DNA of 64,000 nt from Acidimicrobiales bacterium. Its GTDB lineage: Bacteria; Actinomycetota; Acidimicrobiia; Acidimicrobiales; SZUA-35. The stretch covers positions 48,346 through 112,345 of the forward strand of contig JBOEHD010000063.1 of the NCBI GenBank assembly GCA_050633745.1, given 5' to 3'. Below the pieces are notes generated by a model that was not told the origin of the DNA, ran no database searches, and saw nothing but the letters and a program-made list of their open reading frames with translations. The position numbers and the translations under genes are program-made. This document shows, in pieces, positions 1 through 9,245 of the stretch. How positions within the stretch are numbered: the first letter of the stretch is position 1; the number at the start of each line of letters is the position of its first letter.

Positions 1-374
1 CGGTCGCTCGCTCCATTCACCGCTACCGAGGCGATGCAAAATTCACCACCTGGCTCTACTCGGTGGCCCGCAACACCGCCATAACGGAGATTCGTCGTCA
101 ACAACCAACAGTAGTGATCGATGATCGGTACCTCGACCATATGGACCAGCGTCGGGTCAGCTCTCTCGTCGCCGAACGTGACCTATTGCGCGATGCGATT
201 TACTCCTTACCGCCCATTTTCCGGGAGACCGTTCTACTTAGGGACGTCGAACGACTGAGCTACAGCGAGATCGCTGAACGCCAGGGCCTGGCGATCAACA
301 CCGTTCGGTCTCGACTGTCTCGTGGGCGAGCTCTGCTGGCCGCGCTACTTCCAGATCAGCGATCGAACCGATGA
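1..374 (+). CDS. ECF-type RNA polymerase sigma factor, 5'-truncated by the window edge
   Basis: The reading frame is open from position 3 (VARSIHRYRGDAKFTTWLYSVARN...), a region-2-like segment matching the paralog at 9242-9934. Region 4 helix-turn-helix: SLPPIFRETVLLRDVERLSYSEIAERQGLAINTVRSRLSRGRALL. The stop overlaps the kinase start (ATGA at 371-374). Confidence 0.85.
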   Translation, partial: VARSIHRYRGDAKFTTWLYSVARNTAITEIRRQQPTVVIDDRYLDHMDQRRVSSLVAERDLLRDAIYSLPPIFRETVLLRDVERLSYSEIAERQGLAINTVRSRLSRGRALLAALLPDQRSNR

Positions 375-2062
375 CGCCCCTGCGCACCAAACGCTACATC
401 GGCGGCTACCGGGTCATCGCTCCGATCGGGGCTGGCGGATTTGCCACCGTGTACCGAGCGATCAACGAGGCGACCGGGCAAGAGGTTGCGATCAAAGTCC
501 TGGCCGAGAATCACAGCCTGGTCGCTGACACCAGACGTCGCTTTCTAGAAGAGATCGATCTGCTGAGAACGGTTGATAGCCAAGCCATCGCTCAGATATA
601 CGAGGTCGGTGAGACCGAGACCGACCAGCCATTCATGGTGTTGGAGCTGGCCGATCGAGGCGATCTCAGGCGGCGGCTTGAGGAGATAAGAAGTAGCCAC
701 CAGGTACTCAGCCGAGCCGAACTGGCGCTGCTGGCCCACCATCTCTACGACTCGTTGACCACGCTGCATCGGGCGGAGATCGTTCACCGCGACGTTTCGC
801 CCGGCAACATCTTGATCCGCAGCCACCAGAACACACCAAACACCAAGCAACCAAAGAGCGACGGTTCGGTGGCATTACTCGAACCAGGCGAGCGGTTACT
901 CCTAGCCGACTTGGGCCACGCCAAAGACATGATCCGAGCCTCCGGCTTTACCGCTGGCGGCGGGACACGGGGCTTCACCTCACCAGAACAGCGGGACGAC
1001 ATTACCGTCGTCGACCTGCGTGCCGACATCTTCAGCGCAACCGCGGTCATCGAATGGGCGGCTCACGACGGCGAATATGCCGAGATCCTCGAACCGTTCT
1101 TCGACGTAGGGCTGGCAGAAGACCCGGCAGACCGCTTCACCAGCATGACGGAGTGGCACGCGGCGTTCTCTGCGTCATTGAGCGCAGGCAGCGACGAAGA
1201 CACAGGCGGACCGTTGGCTCTCGGCTCGATGGTCGACTTCGCCAAGGGCCAAGCTCCGTCCGTCAATCGGCGAGCCATCAGCGTGGCGGTCGCCGCCCTA
1301 GCCCTCGGGGGCATGGCCGCCTTCGTGCTAACGCAGCTCAACACCCCGAACGAGATCGGCAATGGAACGACGGTGGCCGGAGTGAGGGCCGATGTAAATC
1401 CAGACATCGACGATGGAGCAGATGGTTCGCTCAACAGCGGCCCAACGCTCGTAGTTAAGGCAACCGATGAGGATCTTCTACCCGCCAGCCCAACGGCGCC
1501 ACTGATCCAGACCTCCGATGCTGACGGAACAGTCCCCGGGTCCCCTACGTCAAACCCCAGTAGCACCTCGCAAGGGCCGTCAACCACCGCTGAAAGTGCC
1601 AGCACCACGGTCAGCGTCACTACGACGAGTACGAGCACCAGCACAAGCACCACCGAGGCCAGCACGACAAGCACAGCACCTACCACCACCGAGCAGCCCG
1701 GCGGCGGCACCGATCCGTCAGCCGACATTCTTGAGCCGGCTGACGGCGGTCGGATCCGCAACGAGATGAGTATTGCAGGCGTCGCAGAGGGACTTGCCCC
1801 AGAAGGCCTGGTCCGTGTTGCGGTGGTTAACAGTTCGACAGACTTGTACTGGAACGCCGAGGAAGAACAGTTCCAGCCCGAGCCTGTGCGGTTCGATGTC
1901 AAGGTCGAGCAGGACGAAGATGACAGCCTCCCGGGAACCTGGGAATATACGATCCCGGCTGAACGACTTGAGTCGGGCCTGTATTACATCCGCGTGTGGG
2001 CCAGCGATGCCGATGACAACCTTCCGTTAGGCAGCGACACACATGCCGTGGAGGTTAGGTAG
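371..2062 (+). CDS. Membrane Ser/Thr protein kinase (Hanks-type) with an extracytoplasmic Ig-like C-terminal module
   Basis: Kinase motifs: GAGGFATVY, VAIKVL, HRDVSPGN, DLG, GTRGFTSPE. One TM segment (AISVAVAALALGGMAAFVL). A Ser/Thr/Pro-rich linker is followed by a C-terminal beta-type module (LYWNAEEEQF...WEYTIPAERLESGLYYIRVWASDADDN). Confidence 0.9.
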   Translation: MTPLRTKRYIGGYRVIAPIGAGGFATVYRAINEATGQEVAIKVLAENHSLVADTRRRFLEEIDLLRTVDSQAIAQIYEVGETETDQPFMVLELADRGDLRRRLEEIRSSHQVLSRAELALLAHHLYDSLTTLHRAEIVHRDVSPGNILIRSHQNTPNTKQPKSDGSVALLEPGERLLLADLGHAKDMIRASGFTAGGGTRGFTSPEQRDDITVVDLRADIFSATAVIEWAAHDGEYAEILEPFFDVGLAEDPADRFTSMTEWHAAFSASLSAGSDEDTGGPLALGSMVDFAKGQAPSVNRRAISVAVAALALGGMAAFVLTQLNTPNEIGNGTTVAGVRADVNPDIDDGADGSLNSGPTLVVKATDEDLLPASPTAPLIQTSDADGTVPGSPTSNPSSTSQGPSTTAESASTTVSVTTTSTSTSTSTTEASTTSTAPTTTEQPGGGTDPSADILEPADGGRIRNEMSIAGVAEGLAPEGLVRVAVVNSSTDLYWNAEEEQFQPEPVRFDVKVEQDEDDSLPGTWEYTIPAERLESGLYYIRVWASDADDNLPLGSDTHAVEVR

Positions 2063-2094
2063 TAGCTGCAGCCCCCCAACCGTCTGGGAACCAA

Positions 2095-3144
2095 GTGCCA
2101 CAAATCGAATCGGTCACCACCGAAGTCCTGGCGGGCAAGAATCTAATAAACGTCATCGTTCGAGTCCGCGACCGTGACGGCGCTGAGGGAACCGGCGAAG
2201 CCTGGTGGGGTATCCCCGACCGCACCGACCCTCCACGGGCGGCCACACCTATAACCGCGGTGATCGACGATCTGCTGGCACCAAGAGTTGTCGGCCGCGA
2301 CGCCGATCACATAGAGCGAATTTGGCACGAGCTATGGGACTGGGGCTACCGCTACGCCGACCAGGGCATCTTTCAGATGGGACTATCGGGACTCGACCTG
2401 GCCCTGTGGGATCTGAAAGGTAAACGCCTAGAACAGCCGGTGGCGTCGCTGCTCGGCGGGCCGGCGAGCGATGGCATCCGCGCCTACGCAAGCTTCCCGG
2501 CGCTGCGAACCCCAGAGCTTCTGGTCAGCGAGACCACCAGGGCGATCGAAGCGGGATTTGGGGCGATCAAGCTTCATGAGCTTGACCCTGAACTCACCGC
2601 GTTGCTGCGCAACGAGTTCGGCGACGAGGTGGAAATCATGGTCGATGTGAATGGCCACTTCGATCCGATCGAAGCCATCGAACACGGAAAACGGCTCAGC
2701 GAGCTCGGGGTGCTTTGGTTCGAGGAACCGGTGCGGCCTATGCGCGATCACCGAGCGCTGAAACGGGTGAACGACGCCATCGCCTGCGATCTTGCGGCGG
2801 GCGAAAACGAATACACCCTCGATGACTTTGATCGCCTACTCAAGACCGGGGCCATCGCCTACCTCCAACCGGAAATCACCAAGATCGGCGGCATGACGCC
2901 CGCCCGACGGGTCAGCGCCCTGGCCGAGCTCTACAACGTGGCACTCAGCCCTCACAACTTCCGTCTCGGGCCGTCGCTCTACGCGTCAATCCAATGGGCA
3001 TTCACCACCCCAGCTACAAGGTGGATGGAGATTCCATGGCTGCCACCGGGCTCGGAATTTTCGTTCCCAACCGTGCTGCCACCGATGAAAGACGGCATGG
3101 TTCTGCCGCTGACCGAACCCGGCCTCGGTGTTCTCGCAAGCTAA
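2095..3144 (+). CDS. Enolase-superfamily enzyme (mandelate racemase / muconate lactonizing enzyme family, probable acid-sugar dehydratase)
   Basis: Family signature segments: GEAWWG, KLHELD, MVDVNGHF, WFEEP, AAGENEY (the metal-ligand Asp/Glu/Glu pattern). GTG start. Confidence 0.85.
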   Translation: MPQIESVTTEVLAGKNLINVIVRVRDRDGAEGTGEAWWGIPDRTDPPRAATPITAVIDDLLAPRVVGRDADHIERIWHELWDWGYRYADQGIFQMGLSGLDLALWDLKGKRLEQPVASLLGGPASDGIRAYASFPALRTPELLVSETTRAIEAGFGAIKLHELDPELTALLRNEFGDEVEIMVDVNGHFDPIEAIEHGKRLSELGVLWFEEPVRPMRDHRALKRVNDAIACDLAAGENEYTLDDFDRLLKTGAIAYLQPEITKIGGMTPARRVSALAELYNVALSPHNFRLGPSLYASIQWAFTTPATRWMEIPWLPPGSEFSFPTVLPPMKDGMVLPLTEPGLGVLAS

Positions 3145-3197
3145 ACGTCACTCGGGTTTGATGGGCCTCCGGTTGCAGTCGGGCCTAGCCTGAATTC

Positions 3198-4076
3198 ATG
3201 GCAAGCGTCGAAGCAAACGGAATGACCATCGAGTACGACATCCGAGGCGATGGTGAACCGATGCTGCTCGTCATGGGTTTGGCAGGCCAGCTGGTCGACT
3301 GGCCAGACGACTTTGTCGACCTCTTCGTCGACCAGGGCTTCAAGGTCATTCGATTCGATAACCGAGATATCGGCTTGTCGACAAAAACCAACTGGACACC
3401 GCCGAGCGATGCCAAGACCCTGAGGTCAATGATCACTCGCCGCCCGCTACCCGGGGTCGGCTACACGATCAGCGACATGGCAGCCGATGCTGCAGGCTTG
3501 CTCGACGCACTGGGCATCGACGACGCCCACGTTGTCGGAATGTCGATGGGCGGCATGATCGCCCAGGAGCTGGCCATCAACCATCCGCAGAAGGTTCGTT
3601 CCCTCTGCTCGGTCATGTCCAACACCGGCGACCGCAAGAACGGCGGCATCGCCGCTTCTCTCCTAGCCAAGATGGCCCGTCGCAAACCACCGACAAAGGC
3701 CACTGCAGCCGACGCCTCGGTTGAGCTGTTCAGTCTGATTGCCGGACCGCACTATGACCCGATCGAGCATCGCAAGCTGGTGGCGTTGAACATCGAACGC
3801 AGTTTCGCCCCCGACGGTGTCGCCCGACAGACCGCAGCCATTGCCGGCAGTCGCAACCGCACGCCGTTCCTGGCGTTGGTGAAAGCGCCGACGCTGGTCA
3901 TCCACGGCCTGGTCGACCCGCTAGTGAAACCGAGCGGCGGTGTGGCCACCGCCAAAGCTATCCCCGGGGCCCGGCTGTTGGCCTTTCCCGACATGGGTCA
4001 TGACCTGCCGCGGCCCCGTTGGCCTGAGATGCGCGACGCCATCATCGAAAACTGCGGGCGGGCTGTAAGGGTCTAG
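3198..4076 (+). CDS. Alpha/beta-fold hydrolase
   Basis: Nucleophile elbow GMSMGG. N-terminal LLVMGLAG oxyanion region. C-terminal HGLVDP...GH typical of the fold. Confidence 0.85.
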   Translation: MASVEANGMTIEYDIRGDGEPMLLVMGLAGQLVDWPDDFVDLFVDQGFKVIRFDNRDIGLSTKTNWTPPSDAKTLRSMITRRPLPGVGYTISDMAADAAGLLDALGIDDAHVVGMSMGGMIAQELAINHPQKVRSLCSVMSNTGDRKNGGIAASLLAKMARRKPPTKATAADASVELFSLIAGPHYDPIEHRKLVALNIERSFAPDGVARQTAAIAGSRNRTPFLALVKAPTLVIHGLVDPLVKPSGGVATAKAIPGARLLAFPDMGHDLPRPRWPEMRDAIIENCGRAVRV

Positions 4077-4113
4077 TTCTGCCACCGGGTGCTGCGCGGG
4101 TTAGTTTTGCCCG

Positions 4114-4899
4114 ATGGATGTTCGTTTGGATGGTAGGAACGCTCTAATCACCGGTGGAAGTCTGGGCCTCGGCCTAGCTATGGCCACCGAATTCGCTCGA
4201 TCGGGGGCGACGGTGGCCATCGTTGGCCGCACCCAGGCAACCCTCGATGAGGCGGTGGCCAGCATCACCGCCGAGGCGCCAGAGGCCACGGTGCAGGCCT
4301 TTGCCTGCGACGTTCGAGACGCCGCTGCTCTGACCGCGACCCATGAGCAGGTCGTGGCGGCCATCGGCCCGATCGACATTCTGGTCAACAACGCAGGTAC
4401 GTCGGCGGCCATGCCGTTCCTGAAGTCAACCGACGAGGACTGGCAGAACGACCTCGACCTGAAGTTGTTGGCTGCGGTTCGCCTCTGTCGGCTTTGTATC
4501 CCGGCCATGGTTGAGGCCGGGCGGGGCCGAATCATCAACGTGCTAAACACCGCGGCCAAGGCGCCCGGTGCGAAGTCTGCCCCGACCTCGGTGAGCCGAG
4601 CGGCCGGCATGGCGCTGACCAAGGTGCTGGCCTCCGAGTTCGCATCATCAGGAATTCTGGTCAACGCATTGAACACCGGCGTTCTAAAAACCAGCCAGTG
4701 GCATCGCCTGCACACCGAACGTTCCCCGGAGCTGACGTTCGATGAGTTCATCGAGTCGGTCGGCAAGAACATCCCGGTTGGTCGTATGGGTGACGCGTCA
4801 GAGTTCGCCAACCTGGCCTGCTTCCTCGCCTCCGATCAGGCTTCATACATCACCGGAACCGCTATCAACGTCGACGGTGGCATGGCGCCGGTGGTTTGA
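4114..4899 (+). CDS. Short-chain dehydrogenase/reductase (SDR)
   Basis: Cofactor motif ITGGSLGLGLA and the NNAG motif. Length of about 260 aa is typical of a classical SDR. Confidence 0.9.
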   Translation: MDVRLDGRNALITGGSLGLGLAMATEFARSGATVAIVGRTQATLDEAVASITAEAPEATVQAFACDVRDAAALTATHEQVVAAIGPIDILVNNAGTSAAMPFLKSTDEDWQNDLDLKLLAAVRLCRLCIPAMVEAGRGRIINVLNTAAKAPGAKSAPTSVSRAAGMALTKVLASEFASSGILVNALNTGVLKTSQWHRLHTERSPELTFDEFIESVGKNIPVGRMGDASEFANLACFLASDQASYITGTAINVDGGMAPVV

Positions 4900-4927
4900 G
4901 CCAGCGGTTTGAGCCGCTCGCCAGCCA

Positions 4928-5332
4928 CTAGCCAGCAGCACCCGGGTGCAGCGGATCTTGACCCAGACGGTCGAGTCTCCGCAGCTGGGCCTTCACATAG
5001 TCTCGGGCGCGGCGTTGGCCGCCGCGCTCACCTATGGCCTCTTGGAGGCGTAGCAGCCCGGCCCGAACTACCTCCCGCCGCGGCTGCCAACCGCTGGCTT
5101 CACACTGCGCTAGCCACTGGCACGGTGTGCTGTGACCGCGACGGCTATTGCACCGCGAGCAGGCCGCCAACTCGTTCTCGATCCAGCTCGGACCACCTTT
5201 GAGCTTCGGGACAAGATGCTCAGTCGTCGCTCGGACCAGGGGTGTATCGATCTCGCGGTTGCACCAAACGCACCGCGCTCCGTCCCGTTCGAGGATCAGC
5301 AGCAGCCGGGCCGCTCGATCTACCTGAGCCAC
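4928..5332 (-). CDS. Stand-alone HNH endonuclease
   Basis: HNH/zinc-ribbon core CVWCNREID...TTEHLVPKLKGGPSWIENELAACSRCNSRRGH. The start is uncertain. The ORF is open to 5467 (TTG), but that would overlap the divergent gene at 5447. The GTG at 5332 gives the usual ~20 aa lead before the first Cys pair. Confidence 0.65.
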   Translation of the reverse strand: MAQVDRAARLLLILERDGARCVWCNREIDTPLVRATTEHLVPKLKGGPSWIENELAACSRCNSRRGHSTPCQWLAQCEASGWQPRREVVRAGLLRLQEAIGERGGQRRARDYVKAQLRRLDRLGQDPLHPGAAG

Positions 5333-5446
5333 AAATCCAATGGTAGGTCGACAAAAACCGATCTTGCGCGGAACTTTTGTTGACTTCGACGCGACGAACG
5401 TGCTTTCCCGGTCGGTTTGATCCGGCCACACGCCACTGGAGCACAA

Positions 5447-7513
5447 ATGCGTCTTCGTCCACCTCAAGCGTCTCGAGCCGGTTTAAGACAACTTGTTTTC
5501 CTACTGATCTTCGCCGCCTGTCTGATGGCTATGCCTGCGGCCGCCAATGCTCTGACCTCGCCACAAACCAAGGTCAAGTCCCCAGCCCAGGGCAGCATCG
5601 TCACCGCTGATGTGACGGTGAGAGGGTCGGCTAGCCATGGCCGTGGGGTCGCTGAGGTCAGGCTGGTGTTCAAGAACCTCGATGACCGTACCTACTGGAA
5701 CGGCCACGATTGGCAGGATGAGTTCGTGCGGTTCTCGGTACCGGTGGACCGCCCGGGGGCCAAACAAACCAGTTGGTCCTACGTCATGCCGTGGCAAGAA
5801 ATGACCGAAGGTAACTACCGGGCTCGGGCCTTTGCTCGCAGCGTCGATGGCAACGGTGATTCCAGTGGCGGCGACCGGAAAGAGTTCAGCTACCGCACGA
5901 ACCATGACCTATACGACACCGAGATAACCGGTCCGACGGGGGCGATCTCTGACGCCGAGCCGATCACCGTTGTGGGTCGAGGACGTTCGAGCGAAGGCGT
6001 GGCGCTGGTCAGGGTGGCGATCCACCATCGCGAATCCAAGCAGTACTGGAACGGCGAATCGCAGCAGTGGCAGAAACGTTATGTGAACAGTTTGGCTGAG
6101 CTCGATGAGCCAGGTGGGAACGACGTCAACTGGCAGGTGGTCATCCCGGCCGGCAGCAATCTTGTTGGGCACTACACCGCTCGGGCATGGGTTCGGACCT
6201 CGACCGACAAGGGGGACCCGTTCGGCCGTGGACGCACCAGCTTCGAAACTGTTGCAACACCGCCTCCGACTACAACAACGACGGTGCCTCCAACCACAAC
6301 ACCTCCAACCACAACACCACCAACCACCGCGCCACCAACCACTGCCCCACCGACGACTCGGCCGCCGACCACTACCCCACCGACCACAACCCCGCCGACC
6401 ACCGCGCCACCAACCACTACCCCACCGACCACGCAACCTCCAACCACCCAGCCGTCCACAACGGCGCCAACCACCGCCCCGCCGACTACCGCTCCTCCGA
6501 GCACACAGCCGCCGTGTGCCGGTGGGAACGCGGCGATTCTGGTGCCGTGCAGCGGTGTGCTGATCGGGGCCTCGGGAGACTTCAAGGCCGACGACGGGTC
6601 GTCACAATCTAAGCAGGATCACTTTGCCAGGATGGAGGAACGGCTCGATGCCGACTTCGACATCTTTCATGACTTCCTGCAGTGGCGAGACATGGTTAGC
6701 AAGACCTGGCCAAACGCCAAGACGCAGGCCCTAGCCGATGATGGCCACATCCTGCTGACCAACTGGAAGTCGCCGACGCAGAGCGTCACAGACTGGGCCA
6801 GAATCGCCGACGGCGTGTACGACGCCGACATTCGGACCGCCGCTGGTCAGGTCAAAGCCTTCGGTGAACCGACATTCATCACCTTCTTCCACGAACCGGA
6901 GGACAACATCCGCGACACCGCTGACGGCGACCAGGCCAAGGTTCAGCAGTACATCGATGACTACAGCGCGGCATTCCGCCACATCCACGATGTGTTCGAA
7001 TCGGCCGGTGCCGACAACGCCATCTGGGTGTGGGATATGCAGGGTTGGCTTGGCGGTTTCGAAAGCTACTACGAGAACGGCCTCTACCCCGGCGATGACA
7101 TCATCGACTGGGTCGGCTGGAACCCCTACAACTGGTACGGCTGCGAGAACCACAACAACCCACGGAAGTGGAAGACCTTCGATCAGGTGATCAGCCCGTT
7201 CTACAACTGGTTGGATGAGGGAGGGCCGAACCGGCCGTCGCTGGACAAGCCGATGATGCTCGGCGAATGGGGCAGCGAAGAAAACGATGGCGCCTCCAAT
7301 TCGAGCCAGACGAAGGCCGAGTGGCTCGACGATGCCCGTCGGATGCTTCCCACCCAATTCCCCCGCTTGCGGGCGGTGGTGTACTTCGACACCGAAGGGC
7401 GCAGGGCCGACAACACGGTGCAGTTCTGCGAGTGGGCCATCGACAGCAGCCCGAGTTCGATGGCTGCGATGACCTCGCTACTGACCGATCCGGTTCTAAC
7501 TGCTCGCTGGTAG
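5447..7513 (+). CDS. Secreted modular glycoside hydrolase: signal peptide, 2x Ig-like module, Pro/Thr linker, GH26-like catalytic domain
   Basis: Signal peptide MRLRPPQASRAGLRQLVFLLIFAACLMAMPAAANA. Two repeats of the module (TYWNGHDWQDEFVRFSVPV...SWSYVMP...GNYRARAFA and QYWNGESQQW...NWQVVIP...GHYTARAWV). About 85 aa of PPTTT repeats. The C-terminal domain has a GH26-style layout: IADGVYDADI...FITFFHEPEDN, IWVWD, YPGDDIIDWVGWNPYNW, KPMMLGEWG. Confidence 0.8.
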   Translation: MRLRPPQASRAGLRQLVFLLIFAACLMAMPAAANALTSPQTKVKSPAQGSIVTADVTVRGSASHGRGVAEVRLVFKNLDDRTYWNGHDWQDEFVRFSVPVDRPGAKQTSWSYVMPWQEMTEGNYRARAFARSVDGNGDSSGGDRKEFSYRTNHDLYDTEITGPTGAISDAEPITVVGRGRSSEGVALVRVAIHHRESKQYWNGESQQWQKRYVNSLAELDEPGGNDVNWQVVIPAGSNLVGHYTARAWVRTSTDKGDPFGRGRTSFETVATPPPTTTTTVPPTTTPPTTTPPTTAPPTTAPPTTRPPTTTPPTTTPPTTAPPTTTPPTTQPPTTQPSTTAPTTAPPTTAPPSTQPPCAGGNAAILVPCSGVLIGASGDFKADDGSSQSKQDHFARMEERLDADFDIFHDFLQWRDMVSKTWPNAKTQALADDGHILLTNWKSPTQSVTDWARIADGVYDADIRTAAGQVKAFGEPTFITFFHEPEDNIRDTADGDQAKVQQYIDDYSAAFRHIHDVFESAGADNAIWVWDMQGWLGGFESYYENGLYPGDDIIDWVGWNPYNWYGCENHNNPRKWKTFDQVISPFYNWLDEGGPNRPSLDKPMMLGEWGSEENDGASNSSQTKAEWLDDARRMLPTQFPRLRAVVYFDTEGRRADNTVQFCEWAIDSSPSSMAAMTSLLTDPVLTARW
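6258..6513 (+). repeat. Coding low-complexity tandem repeat (CCN-ACN units encoding the PPTT(T/A) linker)
   Basis: Visible DNA periodicity (ccaccaaccac / ccgccgaccac units). Translates as PPTTTPPTTTPPTTAPPTTAPPTTRPPTTTPPTT.... It also generates the spurious ORFs 5909-6436(-), 6105-6563(+), 6172-6585(-) and 6187-6612(+). Confidence 0.85.
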
Positions 7514-7550
7514 CCGCTCGAAGGCGACTCGACGCAGCTTCCGGCACGGC

Positions 7551-9245
7551 TCAGTCAGCGACGGCGACATACCGTTGATCGCTGACTGGGTCGTTGGCGT
7601 CGGAACCGATGGCCCAGACCCGAACGAAGTAGCGGCCGGGCGGCAATTCATCGGCGCCGACGGTATATGACCAGCTGACGTCGTTGGCCCCTGAAGGCGT
7701 TACCGGAACCAAAAACCTGATCCACTCCGACTCGAATGACCGAGTCGAGTCATGCCAATACTTCTTGTCTTGCTCCCGACGGATCACCAGGTTCACCCCG
7801 TCGATGCCGTCTCGGTAGCTGGCACTACCGAGAACTTCAAGGTCGGTGGCGATCAGCGATTCGTCGAGCGGGCTATCGATGAAGGCACGCGGTGAACCTA
7901 TAAACAGCGGATCGATCGTGGTTGTGGTCGTCTCTCGAACGCTGGTCTCTGGGATGCTGGTCGCCGCGGTTGTCGCTGGCGACGTTGTCGCTGGTGACGT
8001 TGTGTCTGATGTTGCTGGTGTTGTTGTCGCTGATGTTGTGGTCGCTGTGGTGGTTGTCTCTGTTGTCGTCGCTGTCGCTAATGTCGAGGTTGGCGAGCTA
8101 CTCTCGGGCGGCGGCGGGCTACTCTCGGTATCGGCGGAGGTAGCTGAGTCTGCAGTACTCGTTTCGGTCACAGGTGCAGGTGGTGCGGCCTGCGACGTTG
8201 AAAGGGCGGGCGTCGGCGACGCTACCGATTGTGAGCTGCCCGTCGCACTGGAGTCGGTAGTCGACGACCCGAAACGATCATTGGCAAACCAAACAGCGGC
8301 GACGATCGCTGACAGGGCCAGTAACGCCCCGGCGGTCAGATACTCTTTGCGGAAAGAACGACCGGCAGCTATCGGGTGGCTTTCGACGGGGCGGTTCCCG
8401 ACGGTGTGCGGCGGAGATCGGCGATCCAGAATGTGGGTTAGCTCGGCCGACCATTCGGCCATCGACGGGTGGCGATCCTGCGGATTGGCGGCCATGCCGG
8501 TAGCGATGAACTCGGCCAGCTGATCGTCTAGCTCACCACCTTCGACCATCCATCGGATCAGTGCGGTGGCGCCGTAGACATCAGCCCGATGATCGACAAC
8601 CGCGATTTCCTGCTGTTGTTCTGGAGCGGCAAAGCCGCGGGTGCCTCCACCCGCTGTCAGCCCGGAGGCGAAGTGCAGATCCTTAGCGAATCCTAGGTCG
8701 GCCATCAGGTAACGCTCGTCCGGTGCCAGCAGCAGCGAATCTCGGGCGACATGATCGCCAAGCGCTGTGGAGGTGGCGATCAAGACATTCCCCGGGGTGA
8801 CGTCTCGGTGCACGATCCCCGCTTCGTGCAGCACACCGAGAGCGACCCTCAGGTGCTCAGCCAAGGCCAGTGCATCGGCACGGTCCGGTGAGCGGCCGCC
8901 AGCTGTTCTGCCAAGTCGAAACTGTTCAACCCGTCGACCGAGGTCGCCCCGGTCGGCCAATTCGAGCACCATGTATGGTTGACCGGCATCGGTTTCGCCC
9001 TGGCCATAGACCGTGGCGACGGCCGGGCTTCGAATAGCCATCAGTAGCGCCGCTTCCTCGAGGAAACGCTGCCGTAGATCGGGGACCTTACTGTAGTTAT
9101 CTGCCAGCACCTTCACTGCAACTTCGGTGTCGGCATCCTCGTCGAAGGCCCGGTAAACCGAAGCCGAAGAGCCGACTCCAATCAGCTCAAGCAAGCGGTA
9201 GCGGCCGATGTAGCGGGGCTCGCTAGTGCGGGTGGTGCGGGTCAC
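7551..9245 (-). CDS. Membrane Ser/Thr protein kinase, paralog of 371-2062, with the same Ig-like ectodomain
   Basis: Motifs: GVGSSASVY, VAVKVL, HRDVTPGN, DLG, GTRGFAAPE. TM segment LTAGALLALSAIVAAVWF. Thr/Ser-rich linker. C-terminal module KYWHDSTRSFESEWIRFLVPV...SWSYTVGADELPPGRYFVRVWAIGSDAND. The GTG start overlaps the sigma stop (GTGA, 9242-9245). Confidence 0.9.
   Translation of the reverse strand: MTRTTRTSEPRYIGRYRLLELIGVGSSASVYRAFDEDADTEVAVKVLADNYSKVPDLRQRFLEEAALLMAIRSPAVATVYGQGETDAGQPYMVLELADRGDLGRRVEQFRLGRTAGGRSPDRADALALAEHLRVALGVLHEAGIVHRDVTPGNVLIATSTALGDHVARDSLLLAPDERYLMADLGFAKDLHFASGLTAGGGTRGFAAPEQQQEIAVVDHRADVYGATALIRWMVEGGELDDQLAEFIATGMAANPQDRHPSMAEWSAELTHILDRRSPPHTVGNRPVESHPIAAGRSFRKEYLTAGALLALSAIVAAVWFANDRFGSSTTDSSATGSSQSVASPTPALSTSQAAPPAPVTETSTADSATSADTESSPPPPESSSPTSTLATATTTETTTTATTTSATTTPATSDTTSPATTSPATTAATSIPETSVRETTTTTIDPLFIGSPRAFIDSPLDESLIATDLEVLGSASYRDGIDGVNLVIRREQDKKYWHDSTRSFESEWIRFLVPVTPSGANDVSWSYTVGADELPPGRYFVRVWAIGSDANDPVSDQRYVAVAD

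Noticed and set aside
1063-1902. 279-aa minus-strand ORF, plus other ORFs overlapping kinase 1
   Set aside because: They are antisense to, or out of frame with, the kinase linker region. Low-complexity S/T/P coding DNA is open in several frames.
5909-6612. Four ORFs (5909-6436 minus, 6105-6563 plus, 6172-6585 minus, 6187-6612 plus) with highly repetitive translations. I also asked whether the periodic DNA could be a CRISPR array.
   Set aside because: All are alternative frames or strands of the PPTT-encoding tandem repeat inside the GH26-like gene. The repeat units are 12-15 nt with no unique spacers, so this is not a CRISPR array.
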